This document shows, piece after piece, positions 52,201 to 64,000 of a stretch of DNA of 64,000 nucleotides. The notes below the pieces were generated by a model. That model searched no databases and was not told the DNA's origin. It worked only from the letters and a program-made list of their open reading frames with translations. This DNA is from Eledone cirrhosa (taxonomy: Eukaryota), in contig OZ024754.1 in the NCBI GenBank assembly GCA_964016885.1, positions 42,470,001 to 42,534,000 of the forward strand, written 5' to 3'. Position 1 is the first letter of the stretch. Every line of letters begins with the position of its first letter. The position numbers and the translations under genes are program-made.

Positions 52201-52424
52201 CTCAAGTTCAAACTCTGCTGAAGTCATAGTTACCTTTTATCCGTCTAAGGTCAATAAAACAACTACCAGTACTGTAAAAGGGTCAATTCATCCTCTGTAT
52301 TCCTTTTTCAGTCCTCCACAACCCCTTTCTCTCTCCTTTTCTGGAAGAAATCTGCTGGGTTCAGACATAGTGAGGAATGGGCTCCACCAGGTTTAACATT
52401 AGGAGCTATGGGTCCAATGAAAAA

Positions 52425-52977
52425 ATGTTAGACACTTCCTTCCATCAGGAACATAATGATATTAGACACTTCCTTCCACCAGGAACATAGGGATATTAAA
52501 CCCTTCCTTCCACCAGGAACATAGGGATATTAAACCCTTCCTTCCACCAGGAACATAGGGATATTAAACCCTTCCTTCCACCAGGAACATAGGGATGTTA
52601 GACTCTTCCTTCCACTAGGAACATAGGGATGTTAAACCCTTCCTTCCACCAGGAACATAGGGATGTTAGACTCTTCCTTCCACCAGGAACATAGGGATGT
52701 TAGACTCTTCCTTCCACCAGGAACATAGGGATGTTAGACTCTTCCTTCCACCAGGAACATAGGGATGTTAGACTCTTCCTTCCACTAGGAACATAGGGAT
52801 ATTAAACCCTTCCTTCCACCAGGAACATAGGGATATTAAACTCTTCCTTCCACCAGGAACATAGGGATGTTAGACTCTTCCTTCCACCAGGAACATAGGG
52901 ATGTTAGACTCTTCCTTCCATCAGGAACACAATATTAAACTCTTCCTTCCACCAGGAACATAATGATGTTAGACCTT
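52425..52977. repeat. 34-bp minisatellite, about 16 copies
   Basis: Unit cttccttccaccaggaacatagggat(a/g)tta(a/g)ac(c/t). Confidence 0.95.
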
Positions 52978-55562
52978 GTCCTTGCATAAGGAATGTTACC
53001 CATATAAAACATCTAATACAGTCATTAGTGTCCTTGGAATTTATACCAACTTTTTGATGTGAATGCACTAAGTTTACTAAAGGTGTTGAGTGACTGTCAA
53101 TCTGTTTGGAATGTCAAAACACTTCTTGTATAACTATTAGTTGAATAGTCAACATACTAGTTAACATACTATCAACAAATATTCATACAACTAAGTCACA
53201 CCCCCAAAAGACTTTACTGATAAGCAAAAAGGATTTTATGAAAAAGAAGTTAACACTTTTGATACCAAACTGAAACCAGCTCCGGTTCTAGGATACGGGC
53301 TGTTTATTCTAAATGTGTTTTTTTTTTTTTTTGGCATACACGTGTGTGTGTGTGTATGTGCCCATGTGTGTGTGTATGTGTGTGCCCGTGTGTCCTTGTG
53401 TGTATGTGTGTGTGAGATACAGATAATGTTAGAAAGAAAATGAGTAACAAACAAACAAAAAGCTCAAGAAAGTTAGTTCAGTAAAATTCACAAAATGTAA
53501 AGCCACCTTTGAACTCCGCCACACACACACACCACATATACACACACACCACACACCATACACACACAACTACACACAAAAGAATAAAAAACAAGATACA
53601 CAGAGATAACCAGACATTTAAAGAGTTGAAACAGTCTTTGTCTAATCTGAAGAACTCATGAGGAATTGTCTATGGAGATAATTACATAGTAACCCTGACA
53701 CACTGACATATTAGAGAGACGTCAATTAAAGGTTAATCAAAGAAGACGTCACTTAAAAGACTCCAACTACACAACAGAGTACGTCATATGTTAGATAATA
53801 CATTCATTCTTAAAAGGACAACACTCGGCTTTCATTAACATTCTCACTCCAACCTAACAATCTTTCAGACATATTACATATGATGAACCTTATTAACTGC
53901 TAACCATTTTGAAACCCTTTTGAAACCAACCCAAACAAAACAGGCTCTGCTTCTTTGAAACAAACAAAAATTATTTGAAAGGGTCCCTATTTAAAATAAA
54001 ATTTTCAGGTCTAGGTGGGAGTCTTTTACTCTCAGTTGCTTAATGCCAATGAAACCAGTTCTGGCCTGATGAGCTTCCGTGTCTTGGAAGAAACAAGGAT
54101 ATTTATGTCATAGTAATTCTCTAACAACCTCTGTGCTTTGGAAGAAACAAGGATATTTATGCTGAAGTAGCTCTTTAACAGAAACTTTCAGAAGACTTTC
54201 ACTATCCTCCTCTAGTAAATAAGGTGTCTTGTCTGAGAAGAGAGTTTACATAGTCTACATCACCATTAATGATATTCTCCTCTTCCAAATAAAACACAAT
54301 GATCCACTTCTAACATAGCGTGTAAAAAAAATAGAAACAAAGAAGATAATCATTGAGTTGGGGCAGCAAATTATCTGAAAATATTTGTTGATTTTGTGGT
54401 TCACGGTACCAAAATCAAATCCTCCTCCTTCACATGAAAGTGATTGAATTAGACTTACAAATAAATAAATCAAAACAACATGAGCATAATGTTAATTATT
54501 GACTGAGCTACAGATACCTGTGGTTACCTGACAAACAAATTCAATAAAAAGGAATTTAGAGTAAATATAGAACCAAACTCCCAGCAAAGAAAAATTCAGC
54601 ACATATTTCTCTGATAAACTGATCAGTTATGTAAGATATTCCATTAGTAGTGGTGTAAGCATTGTAACTGTTTGTTGTAAAGCCTTGATCAACATTGTTG
54701 AATAGACTTAAGGCAGAGTTAAAGCTGACTGAATGCTTAAGAGCAACCCAACACTTGAGATAAGCTATGATTTAGTCTGATCTAAAGCTACACACTCTCT
54801 ACCACTTATATACAGGCATGTAGAAAGTTAGGAGATGTTTTCTACAATTTGTTCATACATTACTGGAAGATATCGTGGCAACATTTGAGATACGTAAGGT
54901 TTGATTCAGTCATTACAAGACTGTCTCAATTTATTAACCCTTTTCTTGCCATATTTCTACTGAAAGTCACAGCCTATGATTTTCAAATAATTTTGAAAAT
55001 AATCAACAATTTGAAGGGATGTAATAATATAAATAACGTTTTCATTATTTATCTGATGTTTGGAAGATAAAGTGTTCTCGCTTTAACTGTTTTACCTATG
55101 TTTTTTTTTTAAACATGGCATCCTGATGTAAAGCACCTGTTCTAATTGTCCATGCAAATATTCACATTTATACAACTTTCTAGGTGCAAAAAAAAGAGAA
55201 AAAAAGGTTCTTTATAACATGATTCATATACTAATCTTGATACTAATGTCAGAAAAATAGGTAACTACTTCAAAATTTTAAGATTGTTAGTCAACAACTG
55301 GGTGGGCCTGACAAAACAAGAATTCTCAACTGAGATGGTACCAATCTTAACAAGAAACAAGAACAGTGAAAGATGATTTGGGCATTGAAAGCTATATTTC
55401 AACAACTTTCTTCTAAATCATAAGGAAAGGAAAAAAAGAATTCAACCAATACAAAATTCTTCCAGAACGAAATCAAGACAGAAACATCACAAATAAAGGA
55501 ATGGCAGTTTGTGAATTTGGTAAAGGGGGAAACTTTAAAGAGAAGCCCATCTTATATACACA

Positions 55563-55820
<258 letters not shown>

Positions 55821-55939
55821 CCAGTTGTTGCTAATGTCATAACACCATTTATACAAAGAAAGCAGTGACAAATTTTAATGGTAATGATGGTTTTGGTGGG
55901 CATGAAGAAAACCCAAAATATTAGGTTGCAGGAGTTTAA

Positions 55940-56102
55940 CCCTTTAGCATTTAAACCAGCCATACCCACCCAGAATTCTCTCGGCTCTTTCAGTTCAAAC
56001 TGGCAGCTCATATCAAAATCTCATAGTTTCGATAGTATGTGAGGTAAAACCTTTACCATGAAAATATAATAGTATATATAGAGTAATGTAAATGGTAAAG
56101 GA
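55940..56102 (+). mobile_element. Internally deleted family A MITE
   Basis: TTAA|ccctttagcatttaaacc...gtaaatggtaaagga|TTAA. Confidence 0.85.
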
Positions 56103-56107
56103 TTAAG

Positions 56108-56290
56108 GAGAATCTGAGGTGGTGTGCAGAAGAGAAGGATGCATTGGTATGGACATGGGATGTGCATAGATGATGATCCCTGGGTGATCAAGTACTAGGC
56201 TATGTGAGTGGAAAGAAGTTGCGGTAGAGGTAAACCAAGAAAGACCTGGGCAGAGGTGGTGAAAGCTGACCTTAAATCACTGAGGAGATG
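56108..56290 (+). mobile_element. RTE LINE 3' fragment
   Basis: VQKRRMHWYGH...CGRGKPRKTWAEVVKADLKSL, homologous to 5518-5766. Confidence 0.8.
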
Positions 56291-56399
56291 ACAGATCTAA
56301 TGTCATAACATGTTAGGATGGTGCACTAAATCAGAATAAACTGTAAAGATAACTAGAAAAACAAGATCCTTCAAATGTGCGCATATGTTTATCGGATGT

Positions 56400-57335
56400 G
56401 CGTGTGTGTATATATGCTTATATGGGTGTATGTGTGTATATATGCTTATATGGGTGTATGTGTGTATATGCTTATATGGGTGTGTGTGTGTATGTGTGTA
56501 TATATGCTTATATGGGTGTATGTGTATATATATGCTTATATGGGTGTATGTGTGTATATATGCTTGTATGGGTGTATGTGTGTATATATGCTTGTATGGG
56601 TGTATGTGTGTATATATGCTTATATGGGTGTATGTGTGTATGTGTGTATATATGCTTATATGGGTGTATGTGTGTATGTGTGTGTATATATGCTTATATG
56701 GGTGTATGTGTGTGTATATGCTTATAAGGGTGTATGTGTGTATATGCTTATATGGGTGTGTGTGTGTATATGCTTATATGGGTGTATGTGTGTATATGCT
56801 TATATGGGTGTGTGTGTATATATGCTTATATGGGTGTATGTGTGTATGTGTGTATATATGCTTATATGGGTGTATGTGTATATATGCTTATATGGGTGTA
56901 TGTGTATATATGCTTATATGGGTGTATGTGTATATATGCTTATATGGGTGTATGTGTGTATATATGCTTATATGGGTGTATGTGTATATATGCTTATATG
57001 GGTGTATGTGTGTATATGCTTATATGGGTGTGTGTGTATATATGCTTATATGGGTGTATGTGTGTATATGCTTATATGGGTGTATGTGTGTGTATATGCT
57101 TATATGGGTGTATGTGTGTGTATATGCTTATATGGGTGTATGTGTGTGTATATGCTTATATGGGTGTATGTGTGTATATATGCTTATATGGGTGTATGTG
57201 TATATATGCTTATATGGGTGTATGTGTGTGTATATGCTTATATGGGTGTATGTGTGTGTATATGCTTATATGGGTGTATGTGTGTATATATGCTTATATG
57301 GGTGTATGTGTGTATATATGCTTATATGTGTGTAT
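56400..57335. repeat. Variable-length (about 24-36 bp) satellite tatatgcttatatgggtgtatg(tg)n
   Basis: Direct inspection; source of the 320-334 aa spurious ORFs. Confidence 0.95.
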
Positions 57336-59309
57336 AGGGAAATATATGTAAAGAGAAGTATGCATATGTGTATAGGTAAGCATGTGTAAATAAATGTATG
57401 TATATGTATAAAGAGAAGTGTGTGTATGTATGTGTAGGTGAGTATCATTATATGAGTAGTTGCAAGCATATGTGTACAGGTGAGTGTATATAAGTAGATA
57501 TATGTATATGTGTGTAGGTGAGTATATATATGCAAGTAGATATATGTGTGTGTGTGTGTGTGTGTGGGGGGGTGAGTATATATATGTATGTGTGTGTAGG
57601 TGAGTATATATATATATATAAGCGTGGAACATGGACGTTAAACGATGATGATGATGATCTATATATGAAAGTAGATATATGTATGTGTGTGTGTAGGTGA
57701 GTATATGTATGTATGTAAATAGATATATGTATATGTGTGAGTAGGTGAGTAGATGGATGTAAGGGACTTGCTAAACAAAAATAAAGAGAGTAGTGGTGAT
57801 TCAGAGTTCTAGAGATGTAGTCAACACAATAACAGTTGCGTGACAAATGATAGTAATAGCTGACAAACTAACTGGTCTGTGATAAATACATGCCATAGTA
57901 GTCAGTGTGAACATTGGTTAAAATCCACAGGGAACCTTAACCATGCTTCAGTTGTTTTGTTGATAGAAAAGAAGAAAAAAAAGAAAGCTAATGGCTAGTT
58001 TGTTTAGTGTTCTGAATCGGATTCAGGTTAATTTTAATGTCCATTTCTCCATGCTTGCATGGGTTAGATATGTACTTTGAGGCAGGATTTCTACAGCCAG
58101 ATGCCCTTCCTGATGTCAACACATATCTTATTAAAATTATGTAGCCAACCCTATAAAGTGACATAGGTGTGATGTCAAATATTTATAGGCCAGGTGCAAT
58201 AAAAGGATTCTTCAAAGAACATTAAAACTTTGTTTTTAAAGTGTTTATATTTATCTAAAAACATTCCATCAGAATTTTATATAAGAACCGTTGTTAAGTT
58301 ATATTCCAAACACTCCTGGTTCTAAGATACAAAACTTAGTTTTTAAAGTGTTTATATCTAAAAAACCTTCCATCAGAATTTTATGTAAGAATGTTTTAAA
58401 CACCAACTTAATAATGAGAAAGTTATATCAGTAAATCCTTCCAAATTCTTTATTATTTTCAAAATGATTTGAAAATCATAAGCAATGTCTTTTATTAGAA
58501 ATACGGTACCAAAAGGGTTAAAGTATTTGTAATTTATGTAAAAACATTCCCTCATAATTTAGTGTAAAAATCATTGCTAAGTTATGTTTCAAACACCAGA
58601 TAGATAATGAGAAAGTTTTATTAATAAATCCCTCTAAATTCTTAATTCATAGGTAATGTCTTTCATTATAAATATAGTAACAGAAGGGTTGAACAAATCT
58701 ATCAACAGATGTTTGAAAATAACCTTTCCTATAAAAAAAGGGGGGAAAAAGGGATCAGAGAAAAATAAGAAACCTTGCGTGGAATGATTTATAGCTAGAA
58801 ATATAAAAAAATGTGACAGATGAAATATAAAATCCCTTTAGAAGCCCCCTGACTAAAGACTCGACATGAGAGACATCCAATGGAGTTAGCAAAGTTTATA
58901 AACAGCTAACATAATATATAGAGTAGTGATGCAAGCCTACATCCACCAGCTTTACCAAGTTAAGCTATAGTAGAGCACCTGATAACTAGTTTAGACCCGA
59001 TGTACACTAGCATGTAATTAGATTTAATGCTAAAATCACAGCACCCTATATTTTAGGTAGAGGGGAGAGAGAGAGGAAAAAAGGTAGAATGTTGCTATGG
59101 TAGGACTCCCACCTCACCTCACTCTTTATCAAGAACATTAGGGGGTTATAACGAATTGAAATATCTGACATCCAGATATTGAGAGCTCCCTATTTTTCAA
59201 GTTTATAAGACACACTGGTATATAATAACACCCTTATTTCACAGAAAAATGTATCATACCTTTATTTATACATCTAATATATAGGATACAGATAGATATT
59301 GATGTGAAA

Positions 59310-60062
59310 TATTGGTTTCTTATATAGGCACAAGGCCAGTGATTTGGGGGGAGGGGAAAGTCGATTAAATCGACCCCAGTGCGTGACTGGTACTTTATTT
59401 TATTGGCCCCGTGAGGATGAAAGGCAAAGTTAATCTCGGCGGGATTTGAACTCAGAACGTAAAGAGCCATAACTCTATGCTGCAAAGCATGGTGTCTGAC
59501 CCTCTAACGATACTGTCAATCCACCTCCCTAATAATATCTACATTTGGCACAAGGCCAGCAATTACCCCCAGTGCATTACTGGTGCTTTATTTTATCGAC
59601 CCCTTAAGGATGAAAGGCAGTTGACCTCAGCGGGATTTGAACTCAGACCGCAAAGGGACGAAACTATGCTGCAAAGCATGGCGTCCGACCTTCTACTGAT
59701 ACTGCCAATCCACCATCTTCAATCATAATAATAATCATAAGAATTCTCATAAGAATTCAAAGTTGAATATACAGACCCTAGTACTTAACTGGTACTGTAT
59801 TTTATAGACACGAGAAGGACGAAAGGCAAAGTTGACCTCGGCTGAATTTGAACTCAGAATGTAGAAAGTCTTAACTAAATACTATAAAGTAACTTTGTCC
59901 AACGATCTACCAAACTACCAACCCATCTCCCATTAGTAATAATCATGATGGTGATGATGATAATGGTTACTGATTTAGGCACAAAGCCAACAATTTGGGG
60001 GAGAGGGGAAAGTTAATTAAACTGACTCCAGTGTATTACTGGTACTTTATTTTATTGATAAC
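59310..60062 (-). mobile_element. Cluster of 3-4 same-orientation family A SINEs
   Basis: Copies at about 59310-59530, 59545-59715, 59775-59930 and a tail fragment at 59965-60060. Confidence 0.85.
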
Positions 60063-60540
60063 AATAAGATTATAATTTTTTAGTCTAATTAACCTTATCT
60101 CCAGAGGTGAAAATCTAAACAAATTCTTCATCTCAAAAGGAGGTTAAGAGCCTGAAAAATTGCAATACTATATTTTAACTCATCTCAAATATTTACACAT
60201 ATGGTTATTATTGCTGTCAGTAACAGATTTAGACATACACTAAACAAGATACAGCTTAGAACTTCACAATCCACAGGGGCCTTAACATAATTAAAAGCTA
60301 GAGATGGTTTTAATTAGTTTGAGAGTTTCTGGTAGAACTGTTTTAAACAAAGGGGTTGCAAGCTTTATATAGCTTGAAGCCTCAATATCATTGTTGTTTT
60401 TTCTATCATTTAAAACAAAACATTAAAATACAAAAAGAAATAGTGAGAGTGTACACAAAGATATGAGTATTTAGAACTGTAGGTTAGCTCTACAATGTGT
60501 GCCCTATTCTTCCAAATACTTTCAACTTATTGTCTGTTAA

Positions 60541-60757
60541 CCCTTTAGCATTTAAACCGGCTGTGTCCGGCCAGAACTCTCACCTTTCTGTTCAAACCGG
60601 CTGTAACTGGCTGCTCATTCCTACATTAAGGTATTGTTCTCAAAATAAATAACATCAAAACCTCATAGATTTGATATTATGTGAGATAATTATGTAAGAT
60701 AAGGCCTTTTTTGAGTGAATACAATAGTATATATAGAGTAATGTGAATGCTAAAGGG
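60541..60757 (+). mobile_element. Intact piggyBac-type MITE, family A (217 bp reference copy)
   Basis: TTAA|CCCTTTAGCATT...AATGCTAAAGGG|TTAA, perfect 12-bp TIR. Confidence 0.93.
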
Positions 60758-61697
60758 TTAAGTTGACAAATGTAGCTTTTGATACATTAAGCCTGCACTT
60801 TCTACTATACAGTTCACAGTCTCCCATGCCAAATCAGGTGATAGGTCATAACTGGCCAGCAATTACCCCAGTGCATTACTGGTACTTTATTTTATCAACC
60901 CCGTAAGGATAAAAGGCAAAGCCAACCGTGGCAAGATTTGAACTCAGAACATAAATAATAACAACAATAGAATTGTTGTTTATTAAAATGTGTGTTTTTG
61001 TTCCAAGAATAAAAGTCGAATTATTTTTAAAAAATGTAGAACGAAACAAAAGTAAATTAAGAAATATTTCACTAAAGCAGACGACCAATAAGTGATAGCA
61101 GACGACATTATTTGACAAGTGTTTTGACCATGATATCGTCTGCTAGCAATAATACTGCGAAAAAGACCCAGAAAAATAAATATAATTACTTTAAACTATA
61201 ACCAGAATTATCCAAATACTTGTTTCTTGACATTTTAGCACCAAGACATAAATAATGCAAATAATAATAATAATGATTTCTACTATAGGCACAAGGCCAG
61301 CAATTTGAAGGGGAGGGGAAAGTCGATCCCAGTGCATTACTGGTACTTTATTTTATCGACCCCGTCAGGATTAATAATAATAATAATTCGAATTTATTAA
61401 ACGAGAAAGAAACGCATCAACGTGATGGGAAAAGTTTGGAAACTAGAATAAACAAACAATTATCTGATAGATCGATTTTTACAGCAAGAAATAATGACTA
61501 AACACCAACATTGTAGTTGAACTTGTATAAAACATATTTAAGAAAATTGTGACTGAATTTATAAAAGAGGCACTCGTATATATACACACATATATACAGT
61601 GTATATATATGTATATATATATATATACACATACATACATATATATATATACAGTGTGTGTATATATATATATACATACATACATATTATATATACA

Positions 61698-61802
61698 CAG
61701 GGTGTCCCCCCAAAAAAAATGTATTCACATTTCAACAGCATTCTAATAAATATTGCCGGTACAGGTAATCAAAGTGTGTATATATATTTTCGGGACACCC
61801 TG
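61698..61802. mobile_element. Tc1/mariner-type MITE
   Basis: TIR CAGGGTGTCCC / GGGACACCCTG in a TA context; a second left end starts at about 61818. Confidence 0.8.
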
Positions 61803-61916
61803 TATATAATAATCACACAGGGTGTCTCAAAAAATGTATACATACGCTACAGTTTATTATAATAAATTGTCGTATTTGAGTTGATATAACTTTTTATATT
61901 TGAAAACGAATTTCTT

Positions 61917-61976
<60 letters not shown>

Positions 61977-61994
61977 TTTATTTATATATATACA

Positions 61995-62138
61995 CAGGTA
62001 AAATTCCGTTATAACGAAAATGTTTTCAATCCCCAGTCACACCCTTGATGTGTTAGGTCGATGTCGTTATAAAGAATGTTTTCATTACAACGAATTTTTT
62101 TTATACCCCGTGAATTTCGTTATAACGGAATTTCACTG
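61995..62138 (-). mobile_element. pogo/Tigger-like MITE
   Basis: CAGGTAAAATTCCGTTATAACGAAA...TTTCGTTATAACGGAATTTCACTG; about 70 bp from the exon 62207 donor. Confidence 0.85.
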
Positions 62139-62206
62139 GCTTTATCTTTCATATTCCCCTTCGAAATATTAATATTTCAAATGAAATAATAAAAACTCAT
62201 ACTTAC

Positions 62207-62295
62207 ATCTGACTCATGACAGTTGTTAGGAAAACCCCTCCATAGATATCTTTGTATTGTAATGCCGGAGAATTACCCTCCCGAAAAGTATCTAT
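62207..62295 (-). CDS. CCDC88: CCDC88-like coding exon (probable exon 2), 89 nt, phase 0 to 2
   Basis: ttttgttttatag|ATAGATACT...AGTCAGAT|gtaagt; encodes IDTFREGNSPALQYKDIYGGVFLTTVMSQ(I), similar to Girdin VKTF...DGVFLNQVMLQI. Confidence 0.88.
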
Positions 62296-62553
62296 CTATA
62301 AAACAAAAGGAAACGAAAATATAATCAAAATAGTTCATTAAAAAACAGAAGGACGACATTTAAAAAAAAATTCTTTTATAGTCTTTTAGTATTTATTTAC
62401 ATCTTGTACACAAACAATATATATAATGAATATGATTTACATGAATAAATCTATAGAAATTAGAGTAAAAAACCCCAGAGGTGTGCACAAATATTGGTGT
62501 TTCTCCCTAAAACATGTTATAATCAAGAAAGACACTACCAAGGTTCTGCCGTG

Positions 62554-62993
62554 AGTGATAGCGAGACTAAGGAGTTGCAATAGCCAAACACTTTTACCAG
62601 GAGTATCACCTGATACTTCAGTAAGACAGTGATAGCGAGACTAAGGTGCTGGAATAGTCAAACACTTTTATCAGGAGCATCAGTGATACTTCAGTCAGAC
62701 ACAGTGATAGCGAGACTAAGGTGTTGCAATAGCCAAGCACCCCTATAAGAAGCATCACTTGATACTTCAGTCAGACACAGTGATAGCGAGACTAGGGAGT
62801 TGCAATAGCCAAACACCCTCACGAGAAACAATCACCTAATATTTCAGTCAGACAGTGATAGCGAGACTAAGGTGCTGGTATAGCCAAGTACCCTCACGAG
62901 AAGCACCACCTGCATACTTCAGTAAGACAGTGATAGCGAGACTAAGCAGTTGTAATAGCCAAACACCTTTAGCAGGAGCAACACCTAATATTT
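62554..62993. repeat. 74-76-bp diverged tandem repeat, 6 copies, with invariant core AGTGATAGCGAGACTA
   Basis: Core starts at 62554, 62628, 62703, 62779, 62854, 62929. Confidence 0.93.
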
Positions 62994-63809
62994 AACAACA
63001 ACATCGTTGTCAGTGACCCAGCTATGAGTTTAAAACCAAAGAAGACACGAAAAAGAGGAATGAATCTATCAAGGAAATATCTCAGCTATTCTCCATCACT
63101 TTCGTCTGAAAAAGACGAAAAATAAAGAATTCGCAGCAATGACGAATACATTTATAATCAATCAATCAATTCGACTGGACAGATCTTAAGACACTGATCG
63201 AAATATGAATCATATAAAACGTCAAATTCGACACTAAATCTATAACAAATAAAACAGTCTTATATTTTTGAGATCTTTGAATATCGATGACTGTATTATG
63301 GACTAGAAGCCCGAGGAAGTAGACAATCTCTGATCGATAATTTCATTTTACATTAAGTTAAACCAATTCCAATAATTTTCATTAATCATTGTCAAACCTA
63401 ATTTAATTGTAAACATTTCTCTTAATAATTAACCATTCTAAATTTACTTCTTCCTGTAAGAACGGTTGGAAGAGATAAAACGAGGTCCCATCCATGTTCT
63501 GATATTTTCCCTTCCCTTTACACTAAAATCAATCAAGTGGTATTTACATATACAGATCAATCGAGTACCGTTCATCTATATATTATTAACTCACCACGAT
63601 TGCAGTCTACCTAAAACGAAACAAGACCGGTTTTTTTTATCTGAGCCGATATAAATAAATATACTGTTGTGCAAAGGGAAATATAGTTGATATGATCTAC
63701 TCCTCAATATATTACTGGTATATATTCTATTCTAACTGAACTGGAGTGAAATGGCTAAAAGGGAGTTGTGTATATTTTACCACAATAACAACATTAAACA
63801 CCAGAACAC

Positions 63810-63864
<55 letters not shown>

Positions 63865-63870
<6 letters not shown>

Positions 63871-63950
63871 GGTGGGCTTAAAAGGCCATAGGCTGACTAT
63901 GAAGCAGTTGATGCTAGTGCTGCGAAATCTTGCATGCATTAATTTCAACT

Positions 63951-63952
<2 letters not shown>
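63865..63952 (+). mobile_element. mariner left-end fragment inside a (TA)n tract
   Basis: TA-tgagggtgggcttaaaaggccataggctgac is the inverted counterpart of the right TIR at 19642-19675. Confidence 0.8.

Positions 63953-64000
<48 letters not shown>

Noticed and set aside
56375-57389. 320-334 aa Cys/Val/Tyr/Met-rich ORFs
   Set aside because: Translations of a TA/TG satellite; the same applies to ORFs at 20546-21132, 25663-26136, 33928-34650 and 55473-56011.
63585-63625. ttcgttttag|GTAGACTGCAATCGTG|gtgagt as the missing first coding exon
   Set aside because: Only 16 nt, no ATG and no resemblance to the expected ...SPLV.W N-terminus; exon 1 is probably outside the window.

Overview
AT-rich, repeat-dense eukaryotic genomic DNA. 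The SINE, RTE-LINE and MITE repertoire and the abundant (TA)n/(CA)n tracts look like a coleoid cephalopod, probably Octopus (inference). The window lies inside one minus-strand gene of the CCDC88 family (Girdin/Daple, HOOK domain). Six coding exons can be spliced by hand with GT-AG boundaries and consistent phases: 62207-62295, 28674-28779, 14404-14473, 10633-10775, 9594-9713 and 3902-4050. They encode the N-terminal HOOK domain and the start of the coiled coil. The ATG exon and the downstream exons were not found in the window. The rest is intronic: at least three tRNA-type SINE families plus an RTE-tailed repeat family, RTE and CR1/L2 LINE fragments, TTAA piggyBac-type MITEs, mariner and pogo/Tc1 MITEs, a non-autonomous Helitron, and many mini- and microsatellites. 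Almost all supplied ORFs are repeat artefacts. Most notable points: (i) several minisatellites are locally amplified pieces of transposons, often with hairpin-forming units; (ii) strong fold-back/dsRNA structures lie near exons and are candidate ADAR substrates; (iii) a candidate internal promoter (CArG+TATA) with alternative exons; (iv) a 75-bp array with an invariant 16-bp core; (v) degenerate hammerhead-like motifs. I see no firm evidence for a wholly new system; these are hypotheses to test.
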